Of a stretch of DNA of 64,000 nucleotides, positions 20,178 to 31,831 are shown piece by piece. The translations under genes were made by a program, and so were the position numbers. The stretch comes from Gammaproteobacteria bacterium (GTDB lineage: Bacteria; Pseudomonadota; Gammaproteobacteria; Magnimaribacterales; AG-339-G14): assembly GCA_003331625.1 (NCBI GenBank), contig QOPF01000002.1:1482-65481 (forward strand). Reading direction: 5' to 3'. Each line of letters begins with the position of its first letter. The stretch's first letter is position 1. The notes under the pieces are model-generated. The model saw only the letters and a program-made list of their open reading frames with translations, ran no database searches and was not told where the DNA came from.

Positions 20178-20891
20178 ATGTCATCATGCTTCATATCTGA
20201 TTTACATTTGGATGATGCAAGAGAAGATATAAAAAAAACTTTTTTTAAATTTTTGGATGACGAAGCTCCGAAATTTGATAATCTTTATATTTTAGGCGAC
20301 CTGTTTGAGGTTTGGATTGGAGATGATTACCAAGATACCCTTTCTGTTGAGGTTATAAAGAGACTCAAAGCTTTCTCTTATACAGGAAAGAAAATTTATT
20401 TTATGCACGGTAACAGAGACTTTCTTCTAGGGCACAAATTTGCAGAGAGTTGCGGAGGAAAAATAATTTCTGATCCTTATGTGTTCAAAGTAAAAGATAA
20501 AAAAGTAATGCTTTCTCACGGCGATATATTTTGTATCGATGATTTAGATTATCAAAATTTTAAGAATACCGTTAGAAGTGAAAAATGGAAAACAAATTTT
20601 TTATCAAAAGATCTATCTGAAAGAAATGCTATTGCAAAAAAACTTAGAGAAGAAAGTGCACAAAAGAATTTAGAAAAGAAGGCTTTTCTCATGGATGTTA
20701 ATAAAGGTGAAGTAAATCGAGTGGCGCAAAAATATGACATTGATATATTAATCCATGGTCATGTTCATCGACCAAAGACTCACATTGAAGATTATGGTAC
20801 GAGAATTGTTTTAGGTGATTGGGATAGAAAATACTGGTTTATTACATTAATAGATCAAGAGGTAAATCTTATCTCTGGAAAAGTTAAATAA
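20178..20891 (+). CDS. lpxH: UDP-2,3-diacylglucosamine diphosphatase
   Basis: Metallophosphatase motifs are FISDLHL, GDLFEVWIGDD, GNRDFL, SHGD and HGHVH. It starts immediately after the ppiB stop. Confidence 0.9.
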   Translation: MSSCFISDLHLDDAREDIKKTFFKFLDDEAPKFDNLYILGDLFEVWIGDDYQDTLSVEVIKRLKAFSYTGKKIYFMHGNRDFLLGHKFAESCGGKIISDPYVFKVKDKKVMLSHGDIFCIDDLDYQNFKNTVRSEKWKTNFLSKDLSERNAIAKKLREESAQKNLEKKAFLMDVNKGEVNRVAQKYDIDILIHGHVHRPKTHIEDYGTRIVLGDWDRKYWFITLIDQEVNLISGKVK

Positions 20892-21342
20892 TTTTTTTTC
20901 TGTTCATTGGCTCTATAAAGTATTTTTCAAAATGAGCTTTAGAAAGAATATATAGCTCCTTTTCAATCTCTTCTTTAAGAGCAATTAATGTTTTTTCTTT
21001 TTTAAATAAATTTATTCCAAAGTCATCTAAACTTTGAAAGCTTTCGCTAGCCTGCTTGATAATTTCAAAAGCTTTTGATAAATCATTTAAGTCATCTTTT
21101 ACCTTTAACCGAAACTCTTTTATGCCTTGTGAAAGTTTATCGGAATCAAGAACTTCTAATCTAGAAGACATTATTTGTGATTTTAATTTTTCTAATCTTT
21201 TCCAAACTGCTTCTCTTTCTTCTGGATTAAAAGCATTCCAGTTTATTACTTCAAATGAAAATCTCTTACAGCCCCTACAAACTTCATCACCATAAGTAGT
21301 AGAACAAATTCCTACACAAGGGGTTCTGGTTCTTTTAGTCAT
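20884..21342 (-). CDS. DUF1289 (YdhL-like Cys-rich) domain protein with about 100-aa helical C-terminal extension
   Basis: The N-terminal TPCVGICSTTYGDEVCRGCKRFSFEVINW matches my recollection of the DUF1289 pattern C-x-G-x-C...C-x-G-C-x-R...W. The rest is predicted helical with no recognised motif. Confidence 0.55.
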   Translation of the reverse strand: MTKRTRTPCVGICSTTYGDEVCRGCKRFSFEVINWNAFNPEEREAVWKRLEKLKSQIMSSRLEVLDSDKLSQGIKEFRLKVKDDLNDLSKAFEIIKQASESFQSLDDFGINLFKKEKTLIALKEEIEKELYILSKAHFEKYFIEPMNRKKII

Positions 21343-21390
21343 TTAAGTATTCTATCAATAAATTTAGTAAATTAGATTCTTGACGCTTCA

Positions 21391-21399
21391 TGATATAAT
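21391..21399 (+). promoter_or_regulatory. candidate extended -10 promoter (TGaTATAAT) for acnB
   Basis: TGATATAAT at 21391-21399 matches TGnTATAAT exactly, 21 nt upstream of the acnB ATG, inside the 78-nt divergent intergenic region. Confidence 0.35.
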
Positions 21400-21420
21400 A
21401 ACTTTTTTTTTGGAAATGAG

Positions 21421-24003
21421 ATGCTTGAGAATTACTTAAATTCGGTCAAGGAAAGAAACAGCTTAGGAATACCGCCTCTGCCTCTTAATGTTGAGCAGAC
21501 TAGTGATCTTGTAGAGCTTATAAAAAATGCTTCAAAAGATAGTAAAGATCTCCTAGAACTTTTAACTGAAAGAGTTCCTGCTGGTGTAGATGATGCGGCT
21601 TACATTAAGGCTGCATTTTTAGCTGACATTGCACAAAAAAAAATATCCTGTGAATTAATTGGTCCAAGAGATGCAACTTTTTACTTAGGCACAATGCTTG
21701 GTGGCTATAATGTTGAACCTTTAATAGGATTAATTGATGATGAAGAATGTGGAGATGAAGCAGTTAAAGCTTTATCTAATACTCTTTTAGTTTTTGATGC
21801 ATTTAATGATATTTCAGAAAAATCTAAATCATCAGAAAATGCAAAAAAAATTCTTAATTCTTGGGCTAATGCAGAATGGTTTACGTCTAAACCTGAAGTG
21901 CCTCAATCTATCATAACTACAATATTTAAAGTTCCTGGAGAAACTAATACTGATGATCTTTCGCCTGCGCCTGATGCGTGGTCTAGACCTGATATTCCTT
22001 TACATGCCCTAGCAATGTATAAAATGCCTAGAGAAGGATTACCTGAAAATCCCCTTAAAGTTATTGAAGACTTAAAGAGTAATGGCTACCCCGTGACTCT
22101 TGTTGGGGATGTTGTTGGTACTGGTTCTTCTAGAAAATCTGCTACAAATTCTGTCCTTTGGCATATGGGTGAAGACATTCCTTTTATACCTAACAAAAAA
22201 ACTGGAGGAATATGCATAGGAAGTAAAATTGCACCTATTTTCTTTAATACGATGGAAGATGCAGGAACTTTGGTTTTTGAATCAGATGTTGAAAACTTTA
22301 ATACTGGCGACGTAATTAAAATCTATCCATACAAGGGAAAAATCACAGACATAAATGAAAAAGAAATAAGTAGCTTCAAGCTCAAATCTGAAACTTTCCT
22401 AGACGAAGTTAGAGCTGGGGGAAGAATTCCTTTAATAATTGGTAGAAGTCTTACAGATAAATCTAGAGAATTCCTAAATCTTCCCTCATCGGAAGTATTT
22501 GTGAGACCTGGAAAAAGTGATAAATCAGACGAAGGATATACTCTAGCTCAAAAAATGGTAGGAAAGGCTTGTGGTGTTGAAGGTATAAGACCAGGGATTT
22601 ATTGCGAACCTTTGATGACTACTGTTGGGTCTCAAGATACAACCGGACCGATGACTAGGGATGAATTAAAGGAGCTTGCATGTTTAGGTTTTACTTCTGA
22701 TTTAGTTATGCAATCGTTTTGTCATACCGCTGCATACCCAAAACCAGTAGATGTAGAAACTCAGCATACTCTTCCAGAATTTATTAAAACTAGAGGAGGA
22801 GTTGCGCTAAAACCTGGTGATGGAATAATCCATTCTTGGCTAAACAGAATGTTACTTCCTGATACTGTTGGTACTGGCGGTGACTCTCATACTAGATTTC
22901 CCATAGGTATAAGTTTTCCTGCTGGTTCAGGGTTAGTTGCCTTCGGTGCTGCGTTAGGTGTGATTCCTTTAGATATGCCAGAATCTGTCTTGGTAAGGTT
23001 TTCAGGAACTATGCAGCCTGGGATAACTTTGAGAGATTTGGTGAATGCCATTCCATATGTTGCTATTCAAAAAGGTCTTTTAACGGTTGAAAAAGAAGGT
23101 AAAAAAAATATTTTTTCTGGAAGATGTCTTGAAATAGAAGGCCTACCTGACTTGAAAATAGAACAAGCATTCGAATTATCCGATGCCTCAGCTGAAAGGT
23201 CTGCTTCAGGGTGTACTGTCCTTCTTGGAGAAGACTCTATTAAAGAATATTTAAATTCAAATATAGTCTTATTGAGGTGGCTAATTTCTGAGGGCTATGG
23301 AGATGCAAGAACTTTAGAAAGAAGAGCTCAAAAAATGGAAAATTGGATTGCAAATCCAGTTCTTTTAAAGCCAGATGCTAATGCCAAATATGCTGCAACA
23401 ATTGAAATAAATCTAGATGAGATAAAAGAACCATTACTTGCATGTCCAAATGATCCAGATGACGTTAAGTCTTTATCGGAAATTGGAGAAGTGGATATTG
23501 ATGAAGTTTTTATAGGCTCATGTATGACAAATATAGGTCACTTCAGAGCTGCTGGAAAATTACTTGAAAATGTGTCTGATCCTTTGCCTACTAGGCTTTG
23601 GATTTCACCTCCAACAAGAATGGATAAATTCCAACTGGAGGAAGAAGGTTACTATGGTATTTATAAAAAAGCAGGTGTTCGTACAGAAATACCTGGTTGT
23701 TCTCTTTGTATGGGGAACCAAGCTAGAGTAGAGCCAAATTCTACAGTTGTTTCAACTTCCACAAGAAATTTTCCTAATAGGCTAGGAGACGGCGCAAATG
23801 TGTACTTATCTTCTGCGGAATTGGCTGCAATAACATCCATTCTTGGAAAATTGCCTTCTATTAATGAATACAATGATTATATGAAAGGTATAAATACAAT
23901 GTCTTCAGAAATTTTTAGATATATGAATTTTAACGAAATATCTTCTTATAAAAGTGCCGCTGATAATGCAGTTTTACCTTCTGTAACTATAGAATCTAAT
24001 TAA
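21421..24003 (+). CDS. acnB: aconitate hydratase B / 2-methylisocitrate dehydratase
   Basis: 860 aa with an AcnB-type N-terminal HEAT-like domain. It has [18 protein letters not shown], Fe-S ligand blocks [10 protein letters not shown] and [11 protein letters not shown], and [12 protein letters not shown]. Confidence 0.96.
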   Translation: MLENYLNSVKERNSLGIPPLPLNVEQTSDLVELIKNASKDSKDLLELLTERVPAGVDDAAYIKAAFLADIAQKKISCELIGPRDATFYLGTMLGGYNVEPLIGLIDDEECGDEAVKALSNTLLVFDAFNDISEKSKSSENAKKILNSWANAEWFTSKPEVPQSIITTIFKVPGETNTDDLSPAPDAWSRPDIPLHALAMYKMPREGLPENPLKVIEDLKSNGYPVTLVGDVVGTGSSRKSATNSVLWHMGEDIPFIPNKKTGGICIGSKIAPIFFNTMEDAGTLVFESDVENFNTGDVIKIYPYKGKITDINEKEISSFKLKSETFLDEVRAGGRIPLIIGRSLTDKSREFLNLPSSEVFVRPGKSDKSDEGYTLAQKMVGKACGVEGIRPGIYCEPLMTTVGSQDTTGPMTRDELKELACLGFTSDLVMQSFCHTAAYPKPVDVETQHTLPEFIKTRGGVALKPGDGIIHSWLNRMLLPDTVGTGGDSHTRFPIGISFPAGSGLVAFGAALGVIPLDMPESVLVRFSGTMQPGITLRDLVNAIPYVAIQKGLLTVEKEGKKNIFSGRCLEIEGLPDLKIEQAFELSDASAERSASGCTVLLGEDSIKEYLNSNIVLLRWLISEGYGDARTLERRAQKMENWIANPVLLKPDANAKYAATIEINLDEIKEPLLACPNDPDDVKSLSEIGEVDIDEVFIGSCMTNIGHFRAAGKLLENVSDPLPTRLWISPPTRMDKFQLEEEGYYGIYKKAGVRTEIPGCSLCMGNQARVEPNSTVVSTSTRNFPNRLGDGANVYLSSAELAAITSILGKLPSINEYNDYMKGINTMSSEIFRYMNFNEISSYKSAADNAVLPSVTIESN

Positions 24004-25489
24004 TTAAACCTTTCGTAGAAACTTTGTTGGAGTCTTTTCTTTTAACCTCTAAGTTCAATAAATACTCTTCTGTTACAGAGCCGCAAATATAGTTTCCATC
24101 AAATATTGAAGTTTCAAAATTCTCTATTTTTGGATTCCCCTCCTTAGCAGCCAAAATTAAATCTGATAAATCTTGATAAACTAGCCAATCAGCTCCAATA
24201 AAATCTGCAATTTGTTTTTCACTTCTTTGGTGGGCAATAAGCTCAGCAGTTGCAGCCATATCTATGCCATAAACATTTTGGAATCTCACCGGAGGAGCAG
24301 CAGAAGCAAAGTAAACTTTTTTCGCTCCAACCTTTTTTACCATTTCAACAATTTGTTTACTTGTTGTTCCTCTAACAATAGAGTCATCAATTAATAGAAT
24401 ATTCTTACCTTTAAATTCATAAGAGACTGGATTTAGTTTTCTTCTTACAGATTTACTTCTCATTTCTTGTTTCGGCATAATGAATGTTCTTCCGATATAT
24501 CTATTTTTAACAAAGCCTTCTCGGTAACTTACATTAAGAGTTTTTGCTACTTCTATTGCTGTAGTGGTGCTACTTTCAGGGATGGGAATAACTGCATCGA
24601 TATCATGATCAGGATGTAGAGACAAAATTTTCTTTCCTAAATATTGTCCCATTCTAAGTCTTGATTTCATTACAGAGATTTTATCAATAACCGCATCTGG
24701 TCTTGCCAAATAGACATATTCAAAAATACAAGGAAAATGAGAGGTATTTTCAAAGCATTTTTTTCTCTCTACCTCCCCTTCAAGTGAAATAAAGATTGCT
24801 TCACCCGGTTTTACATCTCCCACAACATCATAATTTAAAGTTTCAAGGGCAGGACTTTCTGAGGCTATCATAAAATCTGACCCAATTAGATCGTTGTCTT
24901 TTTTGCCTAAAATAAGAGGTCTTATACCATTTGGATCTCTAAACCCAACAATTCCCACACCGCAAATCATTATTACAACTGAATATGCCCCTTTGAGTCT
25001 TTTATGAGTTCTTGATACTGCATCAAAAATTTCTTTCGAAGAAGGCTTTGTACCAGGAAAATTTACTTTATAAAGTTCATGGGCAAATACGTTAAGTATA
25101 ATTTCAGAATCTGAATTAGTATTAATGTGTCTTAAATCTTCATAGATAAGTTCTTTAGTTAACTCTTTCGTATTAACTAAATTACCATTATGTGCAATGC
25201 TTATGCCAAAAGGAGAGTTAGAATACATCGGTTGAGCGAGTTCTCGATGTTGCCCACCAGCAGTTGGATATCTGACATGACCTATCCCTATTTTGCCTTT
25301 TAAGGAAACTATATGCTGTTCTCTAAATACCTCTCTTACCAATCCTAATTGTTTTCTACTGTGAAATTTATCTCCTTCATTTGTTGCAATTCCAGCTGCA
25401 TCTTGTCCCCTGTGTTGAATTACTGTTAAAGCTTCATATAAAGCAGGTGCAGCATCTTCTTTACAAACTATTCCTACTACTCCACACAT
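23996..25489 (-). CDS. purF: amidophosphoribosyltransferase
   Basis: MCGVVGI provides the N-terminal Cys nucleophile (Ntn GATase). The PRPP loop is [13 protein letters not shown]. Its 3' end overlaps the acnB 3' end by 8 nt. Confidence 0.96.
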   Translation of the reverse strand: MCGVVGIVCKEDAAPALYEALTVIQHRGQDAAGIATNEGDKFHSRKQLGLVREVFREQHIVSLKGKIGIGHVRYPTAGGQHRELAQPMYSNSPFGISIAHNGNLVNTKELTKELIYEDLRHINTNSDSEIILNVFAHELYKVNFPGTKPSSKEIFDAVSRTHKRLKGAYSVVIMICGVGIVGFRDPNGIRPLILGKKDNDLIGSDFMIASESPALETLNYDVVGDVKPGEAIFISLEGEVERKKCFENTSHFPCIFEYVYLARPDAVIDKISVMKSRLRMGQYLGKKILSLHPDHDIDAVIPIPESSTTTAIEVAKTLNVSYREGFVKNRYIGRTFIMPKQEMRSKSVRRKLNPVSYEFKGKNILLIDDSIVRGTTSKQIVEMVKKVGAKKVYFASAAPPVRFQNVYGIDMAATAELIAHQRSEKQIADFIGADWLVYQDLSDLILAAKEGNPKIENFETSIFDGNYICGSVTEEYLLNLEVKRKDSNKVSTKGLIN

Positions 25490-25500
25490 AATAGATTCAT

Positions 25501-26037
25501 TTAATTAAAGGGATTTTTATCGATTTTTAAATCTTCGGCATTAATTTCTTCGTAAGGAACTCTACCTATGAAAGAGCCTAGATGATCTGCACCAGTAAGA
25601 ATGTAGTCTGACATATAACTATCTTTCCACCATGTTTGTCGCATTATATATGTCTCTCCCACTAAAAACAGCATTATTATAATTACTGATCCTCTAAGAC
25701 CCCCAAAGAAAGAACCAAAAATTCTGTCAAGCAGTCCTTTTTGCATGGAATTCATTCCTTTCATAATAGCCTTACCCGTAATTCTAAAAACTATAAGCAA
25801 AACCACAAAGATAGAAACAAAACTAAAAATGCTTTTTATTTCTTTATCGCTTGTAAAATTATCAAAAATTTCCATCGGATAGTATCTAAAGAACCATGCG
25901 AGTAAAATGGCACTTATCCAAATAGCATTTGAAATTATCTCTATGTACAAGCCCCTAGAAAGACCTATTAATAATGAACTAAAAAAAATAATTAATATAA
26001 AAAAATCAAATGAATTTAAATAAAATAAAAAATTCAT
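25501..26037 (-). CDS. cvpA: colicin V production protein CvpA (membrane protein)
   Basis: It is a hydrophobic protein with four TM segments and the CvpA-like start FDFFILIIFFSSLLIGLSRG. It sits in the conserved folC-cvpA-purF position. Confidence 0.8.
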   Translation of the reverse strand: MNFLFYLNSFDFFILIIFFSSLLIGLSRGLYIEIISNAIWISAILLAWFFRYYPMEIFDNFTSDKEIKSIFSFVSIFVVLLIVFRITGKAIMKGMNSMQKGLLDRIFGSFFGGLRGSVIIIMLFLVGETYIMRQTWWKDSYMSDYILTGADHLGSFIGRVPYEEINAEDLKIDKNPFN

Positions 26038-27281
26038 GAGATCGCTCTTTCTAAGTTACTAAGAGAAATTGATAAATTTCTTTTATTTTGAATATATTTC
26101 AAAAATTCTGCAGAAAAATAAAAAGAACCCATTACCAAATTAAGAGAATCTTTCTTGCTTTCTAAAATTGAATCATAAACTTCTTTGAGAGAGGAAATAG
26201 AAACAAAATCTAAATTAATTTTTGCTGTTTTGGTTATAATTTCTTTGGAAGACATTAATCTGTCATGTAAGTTTTCTGGTAAATAGATTCTATCAACTTT
26301 ACCTTCAAATGGCTTCAGCAAAGTAAAAGGATCTTTATCTTTCGAACAACAGAAATATATATTTAAGTTTTTTACATTTTTAAAATTTTTATCAATGTAA
26401 TTCTGTAAAAATAAAATAGCATCTTCATTGTGAGCAGAATCGATCAAGATGTTATCGAAATGAGTCAGTCTTCCAAAGAGATTAAAATCATTAAGAAATT
26501 TTAAATTAAGATTTTTTTTTAAGTCAAATTTGCTCAAATCACATAATTTATAAAAGCAATAAATTACTTCGCTTGAAATTATATTTTTCTTAGAAAGACT
26601 TTTTATTTCATTAAAATCCCTTTTAGATAGCTTGTCTATTCCTGGTGAAATCAATTTAGATTTTAATTTGTTGGATTTATTTTTTATTGCATTTGGTATT
26701 TTTATTGAGCCATATATTATTGGTTTTTGTTTTTTAATAATTCCTGCTTTCTCTTCTGCAATTTCTTCAATTGAATTGCCTAAATGTTCTTGATGATCTA
26801 AAGCTACTTTGGTTATTACGGAGATATCGGATTCTAAAAAATTCATTGGATCTAGCCTTCCTCCCATTCCTATTTCTAAGACCCATAAATCAAGATTTAA
26901 AGAATTGAAATAATTTAAAGCTGCAAGAGATATTATTTGGTAAAAATTTAAAGACTTATCTTCATCCATAGATAATATTTTTTTTAAAGATTCTAAAAAT
27001 TTTTTATCTGATATTTCATTTTCATTGACTCTAATTCTTTCGTTAAAGTTTAAAATATGTGGAGAGGTAAATGTGCCTATAGAAATATTACTTTTTACTG
27101 CTAATTTAGTAATTAATTCTGAAAGAGAACCTTTTCCATTGGTTCCTCCTACAAGAATTATTTCTTTAGGCTTAACTATTTTTAGGGAATTTAATATTTG
27201 TTTGTAACGAGAAAGGGGTTTCTTTTTATAAGGGCGCGATAAGACTTTCTTTTCAATCCATTTAGAAAGTTCTGATGACAA
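26034..27281 (-). CDS. folC: bifunctional folylpolyglutamate synthase / dihydrofolate synthase
   Basis: It has the Mur-ligase P-loop VGGTNGKGS, and DHQEHLG. It occupies the accD-folC synteny slot. The start codon is TTG. Confidence 0.85.
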   Translation of the reverse strand: MSSELSKWIEKKVLSRPYKKKPLSRYKQILNSLKIVKPKEIILVGGTNGKGSLSELITKLAVKSNISIGTFTSPHILNFNERIRVNENEISDKKFLESLKKILSMDEDKSLNFYQIISLAALNYFNSLNLDLWVLEIGMGGRLDPMNFLESDISVITKVALDHQEHLGNSIEEIAEEKAGIIKKQKPIIYGSIKIPNAIKNKSNKLKSKLISPGIDKLSKRDFNEIKSLSKKNIISSEVIYCFYKLCDLSKFDLKKNLNLKFLNDFNLFGRLTHFDNILIDSAHNEDAILFLQNYIDKNFKNVKNLNIYFCCSKDKDPFTLLKPFEGKVDRIYLPENLHDRLMSSKEIITKTAKINLDFVSISSLKEVYDSILESKKDSLNLVMGSFYFSAEFLKYIQNKRNLSISLSNLERAIS

Positions 27282-27285
27282 GAAA

Positions 27286-28149
27286 TTATCCAGTTTTGTG
27301 AAGTTTGGTAATAAGACTGGATATTTTATCTTTCATGTTTGACCTATGAACAATCATATCTATCATGCCGTGTTTTAAAAGAAATTCGCTTCTTTGAAAA
27401 CCTTCAGGCAATTTAACTCTTACAGTATCTTCAATTACCCGAGGACCGGCAAAGCCTACTTGAGCTTTAGGCTCTGCTATATTTATGTCCCCCAACATAG
27501 CTAAACTAGCTGCAACACCTCCATAAATGGGGTCAGCCAAGATAGATATAAAAGGAAGTTTTTGCTTTTTTAATTTATTTAAAGCTGCGCTTGTTCTTGT
27601 CATTTGAAACAATGAAAAAAGAGACTCCTGCATTCTTGCCCCACCGCTAGTAGATACACATATAAAAGGGCAAGACTTCTCTATTGCAAATTCAACTGCG
27701 TCAACAAATTTTTGACCTACCACTGAGCCCATTGAACCTCCTAGAAATCTAAATTCAAATACCGACAAGACAATCTCTTTATCATTAAGTTTTCCATTTA
27801 CAGAAATTAATGCTTCAGATTCATCAATGTTAGTTTTAGCATCGCTAAGCCTATCTTTGTATTTTTTTGTGTCCATAAAAGAAAGCCAATCTTTTGTTTT
27901 TAAATCTGCAGATATTTCATGATACTCATTATGATCTAGTAAATAAGAAATTCTATGACGAGCCCCGATACGGATATGATGATCACAATTTTGACAAACA
28001 TACATATTTGCCTCTAAGTCTGGACCATAGATTATTTCTCTACAATTTGAGCAAGTTTGCCACAAGCCTTGAGGAACAGGACTTTTCTTTTCTTCCTTAT
28101 GCTGTTTAGAAAGAGAAGGTAAAATTCTATTAAACCAACTTTTAACCAT
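27286..28149 (-). CDS. accD: acetyl-CoA carboxylase carboxyltransferase subunit beta
   Basis: It has the N-terminal zinc ribbon CSNCREI...CQNCDHH and carboxyltransferase blocks GGSMGSVVG and SGGARMQES. Confidence 0.95.
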   Translation of the reverse strand: MVKSWFNRILPSLSKQHKEEKKSPVPQGLWQTCSNCREIIYGPDLEANMYVCQNCDHHIRIGARHRISYLLDHNEYHEISADLKTKDWLSFMDTKKYKDRLSDAKTNIDESEALISVNGKLNDKEIVLSVFEFRFLGGSMGSVVGQKFVDAVEFAIEKSCPFICVSTSGGARMQESLFSLFQMTRTSAALNKLKKQKLPFISILADPIYGGVAASLAMLGDINIAEPKAQVGFAGPRVIEDTVRVKLPEGFQRSEFLLKHGMIDMIVHRSNMKDKISSLITKLHKTG

Positions 28150-28150
28150 A

Positions 28151-28924
28151 CTAATTTATAGCCTTTTTTAATAATTTAGTGAAGTTTGAAATTTTTTTGA
28201 TTGATTTTTTTTCTATAAAGTCAATAATTTTTGTTCCTACTACCACTCCATCTGAAAAGGCAGCCATCTTTTTAGCTGTTTTTGCATCTTTAATACCAAA
28301 TCCAACGACGACTGGTAAATTTGTAAGTTTTTTTATGCTTTTAACTTTATTTTTTACTTCAGCAAAGTTTTTTAATTTTGCTCCAGTTATTCCTTTAAGT
28401 GAAACATAATATAAGTAGCCAGATGAAGAAGCTAACATTTGTTTTAATCTTTTTGGATCGGTGGTTGGAGAAATTAGCCTAATGAGATCTATATTTTTCT
28501 TTCTTAAATTTTGAAAAAAAAATTTACTTTCATCATAAGGAAGATCGACAACTATTATTCCATCTACACCTGCTTTAAATAATTTATTAGATAGGGATTT
28601 ACCCAAAGAAAGAAATGAATTCATATAGCCCATCAAAACAATGGGTACATTGTTATTCTTACTTCTTATTTCATTACAAATTTCAAGAATATTTTGAAAT
28701 TCAATATTTTTTTTTAATGCTCTCTCATGAGCTTTTTGTATAACTGGACCTTCAGACATTGGATCGGAGAAAGGGACCCCTATTTCTAAGATGTCAGCTC
28801 CAGATGAAATCAGATCATTAAGTATTTTTTTTGAAGTTGATAGAGAAGGATCTCCTGCGACCGTATAGGTAACTAGAATTTTATTTTTTTTATTTTGTTT
28901 AAAGGTTTTTTCAAGTCTTGTCAC
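28151..28924 (-). CDS. trpA: tryptophan synthase alpha chain
   Basis: It has [29 protein letters not shown] and VVGFGI. The GTG start forms a GTGA overlap with the trpB stop. Confidence 0.9.
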   Translation of the reverse strand: MTRLEKTFKQNKKNKILVTYTVAGDPSLSTSKKILNDLISSGADILEIGVPFSDPMSEGPVIQKAHERALKKNIEFQNILEICNEIRSKNNNVPIVLMGYMNSFLSLGKSLSNKLFKAGVDGIIVVDLPYDESKFFFQNLRKKNIDLIRLISPTTDPKRLKQMLASSSGYLYYVSLKGITGAKLKNFAEVKNKVKSIKKLTNLPVVVGFGIKDAKTAKKMAAFSDGVVVGTKIIDFIEKKSIKKISNFTKLLKKAIN

Positions 28925-30135
28925 AAGACTAAACCATCCTCTTTTGCAACAGTAAACATATCTTTATCTCCTCTTCCCGAAAGGTTAATAACTATCACTT
29001 TTGATTTATTGAGTGATGGAGCTATTTTGTTTACATAAGCTAAGGCATGGGCAGTTTCAAGTGCTGGCATTATTCCTTCAATTCTTGTAAGTTCATGGAA
29101 ACTTTTCAAAGCTTGTTTGTCAGTAGCGCTTTGGTATTCAACTCTTCCTATATCTCTGAGATATGCATGTTCAGGCCCTACGCCTGGATAATCTAATCCA
29201 GCAGAAACAGAATGAGTAGAAAGGATTTGTCCGTCTTTATCCTGCATTAGATATGTTTTCATTCCATGCAAGACACCAACCTTTCCATCACTTAAAGGAG
29301 CAGCATGCTTTCCTGTTTTAACACCTGAACCTCCAGCTTCAACACCTACTAACTTAGTTTTTGTTTCTTCAATAAATGGATGAAAAATCCCCATTGCATT
29401 TGATCCTCCACCAACACAAGCTACTATAATGTCTGGATACTTTCCAAATTCTTTCTTAGATTGAAGTTTTAGCTCCTTTCCAACTATAGAATTAAAATCT
29501 CTAACTATTTCTGGATATGGATGAGGTCCAGCAACGCTTCCTATAATGTAATGAGTATCTTCAACGTTAGTAACCCAATCTCTCATCGCTTCATTCATTG
29601 CATCTTTTAAAGTTTTTGTGCCTGAATCTACAGAGCATACTTCGGCTCCAAGAAGTTTCATTCTGTAAACATTTAGAGACTGCCTTTCAATATCTTCTTC
29701 GCCCATAAAAATAATACATTCCAGTCCATGTCTAGCTGCTACTGTAGCTGTCGCTACTCCATGTTGGCCAGCACCAGTCTCAGCAATTACTCTTTTCTTC
29801 CCCATTTTTTTTGCAAGAAGAACCTGTCCGACAGTATTATTGATTTTATGAGCGCCAGTATGGTTTAAATCCTCTCTTTTTAAATAAATCTTTGCTCCAC
29901 CTAATTTTTTTGTCCATCTTTCAGCAAAATACAAAGGAGAGGGTCTGCCAACAAAATTGTTAAGGTCATTTATAACTTCTTGCTGAAATAATTTATCTTT
30001 TTTTGCTTTAGAATAAACTTCTTCAAGTTGATCTAAAGCTGTTATTAATGTTTCAGAGACATATTTACCTCCAAAATTTCCAAACCTTCCATCTTTATCA
30101 GGGAAAGAATATTTAGTTTGTCTTTTCTTTTTCAT
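28921..30135 (-). CDS. trpB: tryptophan synthase beta chain
   Basis: It has the PLP-lysine block [11 protein letters not shown], plus GGGSNAMG and [11 protein letters not shown]. Confidence 0.96.
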   Translation of the reverse strand: MKKKRQTKYSFPDKDGRFGNFGGKYVSETLITALDQLEEVYSKAKKDKLFQQEVINDLNNFVGRPSPLYFAERWTKKLGGAKIYLKREDLNHTGAHKINNTVGQVLLAKKMGKKRVIAETGAGQHGVATATVAARHGLECIIFMGEEDIERQSLNVYRMKLLGAEVCSVDSGTKTLKDAMNEAMRDWVTNVEDTHYIIGSVAGPHPYPEIVRDFNSIVGKELKLQSKKEFGKYPDIIVACVGGGSNAMGIFHPFIEETKTKLVGVEAGGSGVKTGKHAAPLSDGKVGVLHGMKTYLMQDKDGQILSTHSVSAGLDYPGVGPEHAYLRDIGRVEYQSATDKQALKSFHELTRIEGIMPALETAHALAYVNKIAPSLNKSKVIVINLSGRGDKDMFTVAKEDGLVL

Positions 30136-30739
30136 TTATTTTTTCTAGTAATTTATTTATCTCTAAAATATCTTTTTTTCCAGGTTTTGATTCTACTCCA
30201 GAAGCAACATCAATGCCGAAAGGTTGATATACCTCTAACAAAGAAGATATGTTATTGGAATTTAATCCTCCCGCAATTATTATCTTACTATTCATTTCTT
30301 TGGGTATAAGCTTCCAATCAAAAGTTTCTCCAGTCCCGCCTCTAATAAATTTATTTCCTGAATCTAAAAGAATAGCAAAACTTGTTTCAAAGCTATTCAT
30401 TTTATTTAAGTAATCACTTTCATTCATTGATATTGCTTTGATATAGGGGAGATCGAATGAGGAACAAAATTTTTCATCTTCATCGCCATGGAATTGTAAA
30501 ATAGGTCTTTTAAATGGTTTTGCAGCCTCAAGCACTCCGTTTCTGGATTCATTAACAAAAACTATTACAGGACAAATTTCTTCATTTAAATAATTAGCAG
30601 CAGCATTTAAAAACTCCAAAGAAACTAATCTTGGGCTATTTAAATCTCTATTAAATCCAATTGCAGAAACTTTTAACTCGCAGATTTCCTTTAAGTCTTC
30701 AAGTTCTGTTACTCCACATATTTTTGTAAAATATTTCAT
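30113..30739 (-). CDS. trpF: N-(5'-phosphoribosyl)anthranilate isomerase
   Basis: 208 aa with TKICGVT at the N-terminus. It has FHGDE and AGGLN blocks and DVASGVE near the C-terminus. It lies directly upstream of trpB. Confidence 0.85.
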   Translation of the reverse strand: MKYFTKICGVTELEDLKEICELKVSAIGFNRDLNSPRLVSLEFLNAAANYLNEEICPVIVFVNESRNGVLEAAKPFKRPILQFHGDEDEKFCSSFDLPYIKAISMNESDYLNKMNSFETSFAILLDSGNKFIRGGTGETFDWKLIPKEMNSKIIIAGGLNSNNISSLLEVYQPFGIDVASGVESKPGKKDILEINKLLEKINEKEKTN

Positions 30740-31533
30740 TAATCAGTTAATACTAGTTTTCTTCGATATCTTGGTTTTTTTAAATTAAAGCCTTCTTCAT
30801 ACTCTGGACCAACATAAAAAAGACCTTTGGCTTCTGCAGTCTTGCCAGCTTTTGTCCTATCTTTTAACAAAAGAATTTCTTTAATTGATTCTGGGTTTAT
30901 TTTATTTAAACCTACATCAATTAAAGTGCCAACAATTATTCTTACCATATTTAATAGAAATGCATTTGCTGAAATATCTATAACAATGATTTTTCCATTT
31001 TTTTTTATGTTTATTTCAAAAATATTTCTTTTAGCAGATTTAGATTGACACCCTGCTCCCCTAAAAGATGAAAAATCTTTTTCTCCGATTAAATAATTAG
31101 AAGCCTTTTGCATGGATACTATGTCTAAGGATTCTTTGATAATTGAAGAAAATTTTCTATTGAGTACTGATTGATGTCTTCCGTTGAATATATGATAACG
31201 ATAGCTTCTTTTTTTTGCCGAAAATCTACCATGAAAATTATTCGTAACTTTTTTTACCCAAATAATATTAATGTCGAAAGGTAAGATTGAATTACTGCCT
31301 AATAGCAAAGCTTTATTTGTCCTATTAGATGAGGTTTCAAAATGAATGACTTGCATTGCTGCATGAACTCCTGAATCAGTTCTTCCTGAACAAATTGTTT
31401 TAATTTCCTCATTGGCGACCTTAGATAAAGCATCTTCAACTTTTTCCTGTATTGTTAAAGATGTTTTCTTTTGTTTCTGCCAACCTTTGTAATGAGTTCC
31501 TTCGTATTCAATGCCGAGAGCGTATCTCTGCAT
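30739..31533 (-). CDS. truA: tRNA pseudouridine(38-40) synthase
   Basis: It has IEYEGTHYKGWQ and the catalytic Asp block SGRTDSGVHA, plus FLLNMVR. Confidence 0.92.
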   Translation of the reverse strand: MQRYALGIEYEGTHYKGWQKQKKTSLTIQEKVEDALSKVANEEIKTICSGRTDSGVHAAMQVIHFETSSNRTNKALLLGSNSILPFDINIIWVKKVTNNFHGRFSAKKRSYRYHIFNGRHQSVLNRKFSSIIKESLDIVSMQKASNYLIGEKDFSSFRGAGCQSKSAKRNIFEINIKKNGKIIVIDISANAFLLNMVRIIVGTLIDVGLNKINPESIKEILLLKDRTKAGKTAEAKGLFYVGPEYEEGFNLKKPRYRRKLVLTD

Positions 31534-31534
31534 T

Positions 31535-31831
31535 TTATTTTAATTTATCTTGAATTAACTCGTATAAGCTTTTTTCTTCTGCTTTAAGCTCGCTTATTTT
31601 AATACTATCCAATAATTTTTTAGCCTTACTCTTGTCCTTCATTTCAGCATATGTAATTGCAAGGTTTAGTTTAGTAACCACTTCTTTGCCTAATTCTTCG
31701 AAAGAATCTTTTTTTATTTCAGTATTTTTATCTTTTTTTTCGTTAGAAAAGAATAATAAGAAAATTATTGAAGCAAAGACTAGAATTCCAATGACTAAAT
31801 AAATTTCTCTAGGCAATAAAGTTTCCATCAT
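31535..31831 (-). CDS. miniature FimV-like protein: single TM helix plus FimV C-terminal-type motif
   Basis: It lies between asd and truA, the fimV slot in Pseudomonas. It has one TM helix (IYLVIGILVFASIIFLLFF). The C-terminal LNLAITYAEMKDKSKAKKLLDSI aligns by eye with the FimV C-terminal motif LDLARAYIxMGDxxGARxLLxEV. Confidence 0.5.
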   Translation of the reverse strand: MMETLLPREIYLVIGILVFASIIFLLFFSNEKKDKNTEIKKDSFEELGKEVVTKLNLAITYAEMKDKSKAKKLLDSIKISELKAEEKSLYELIQDKLK

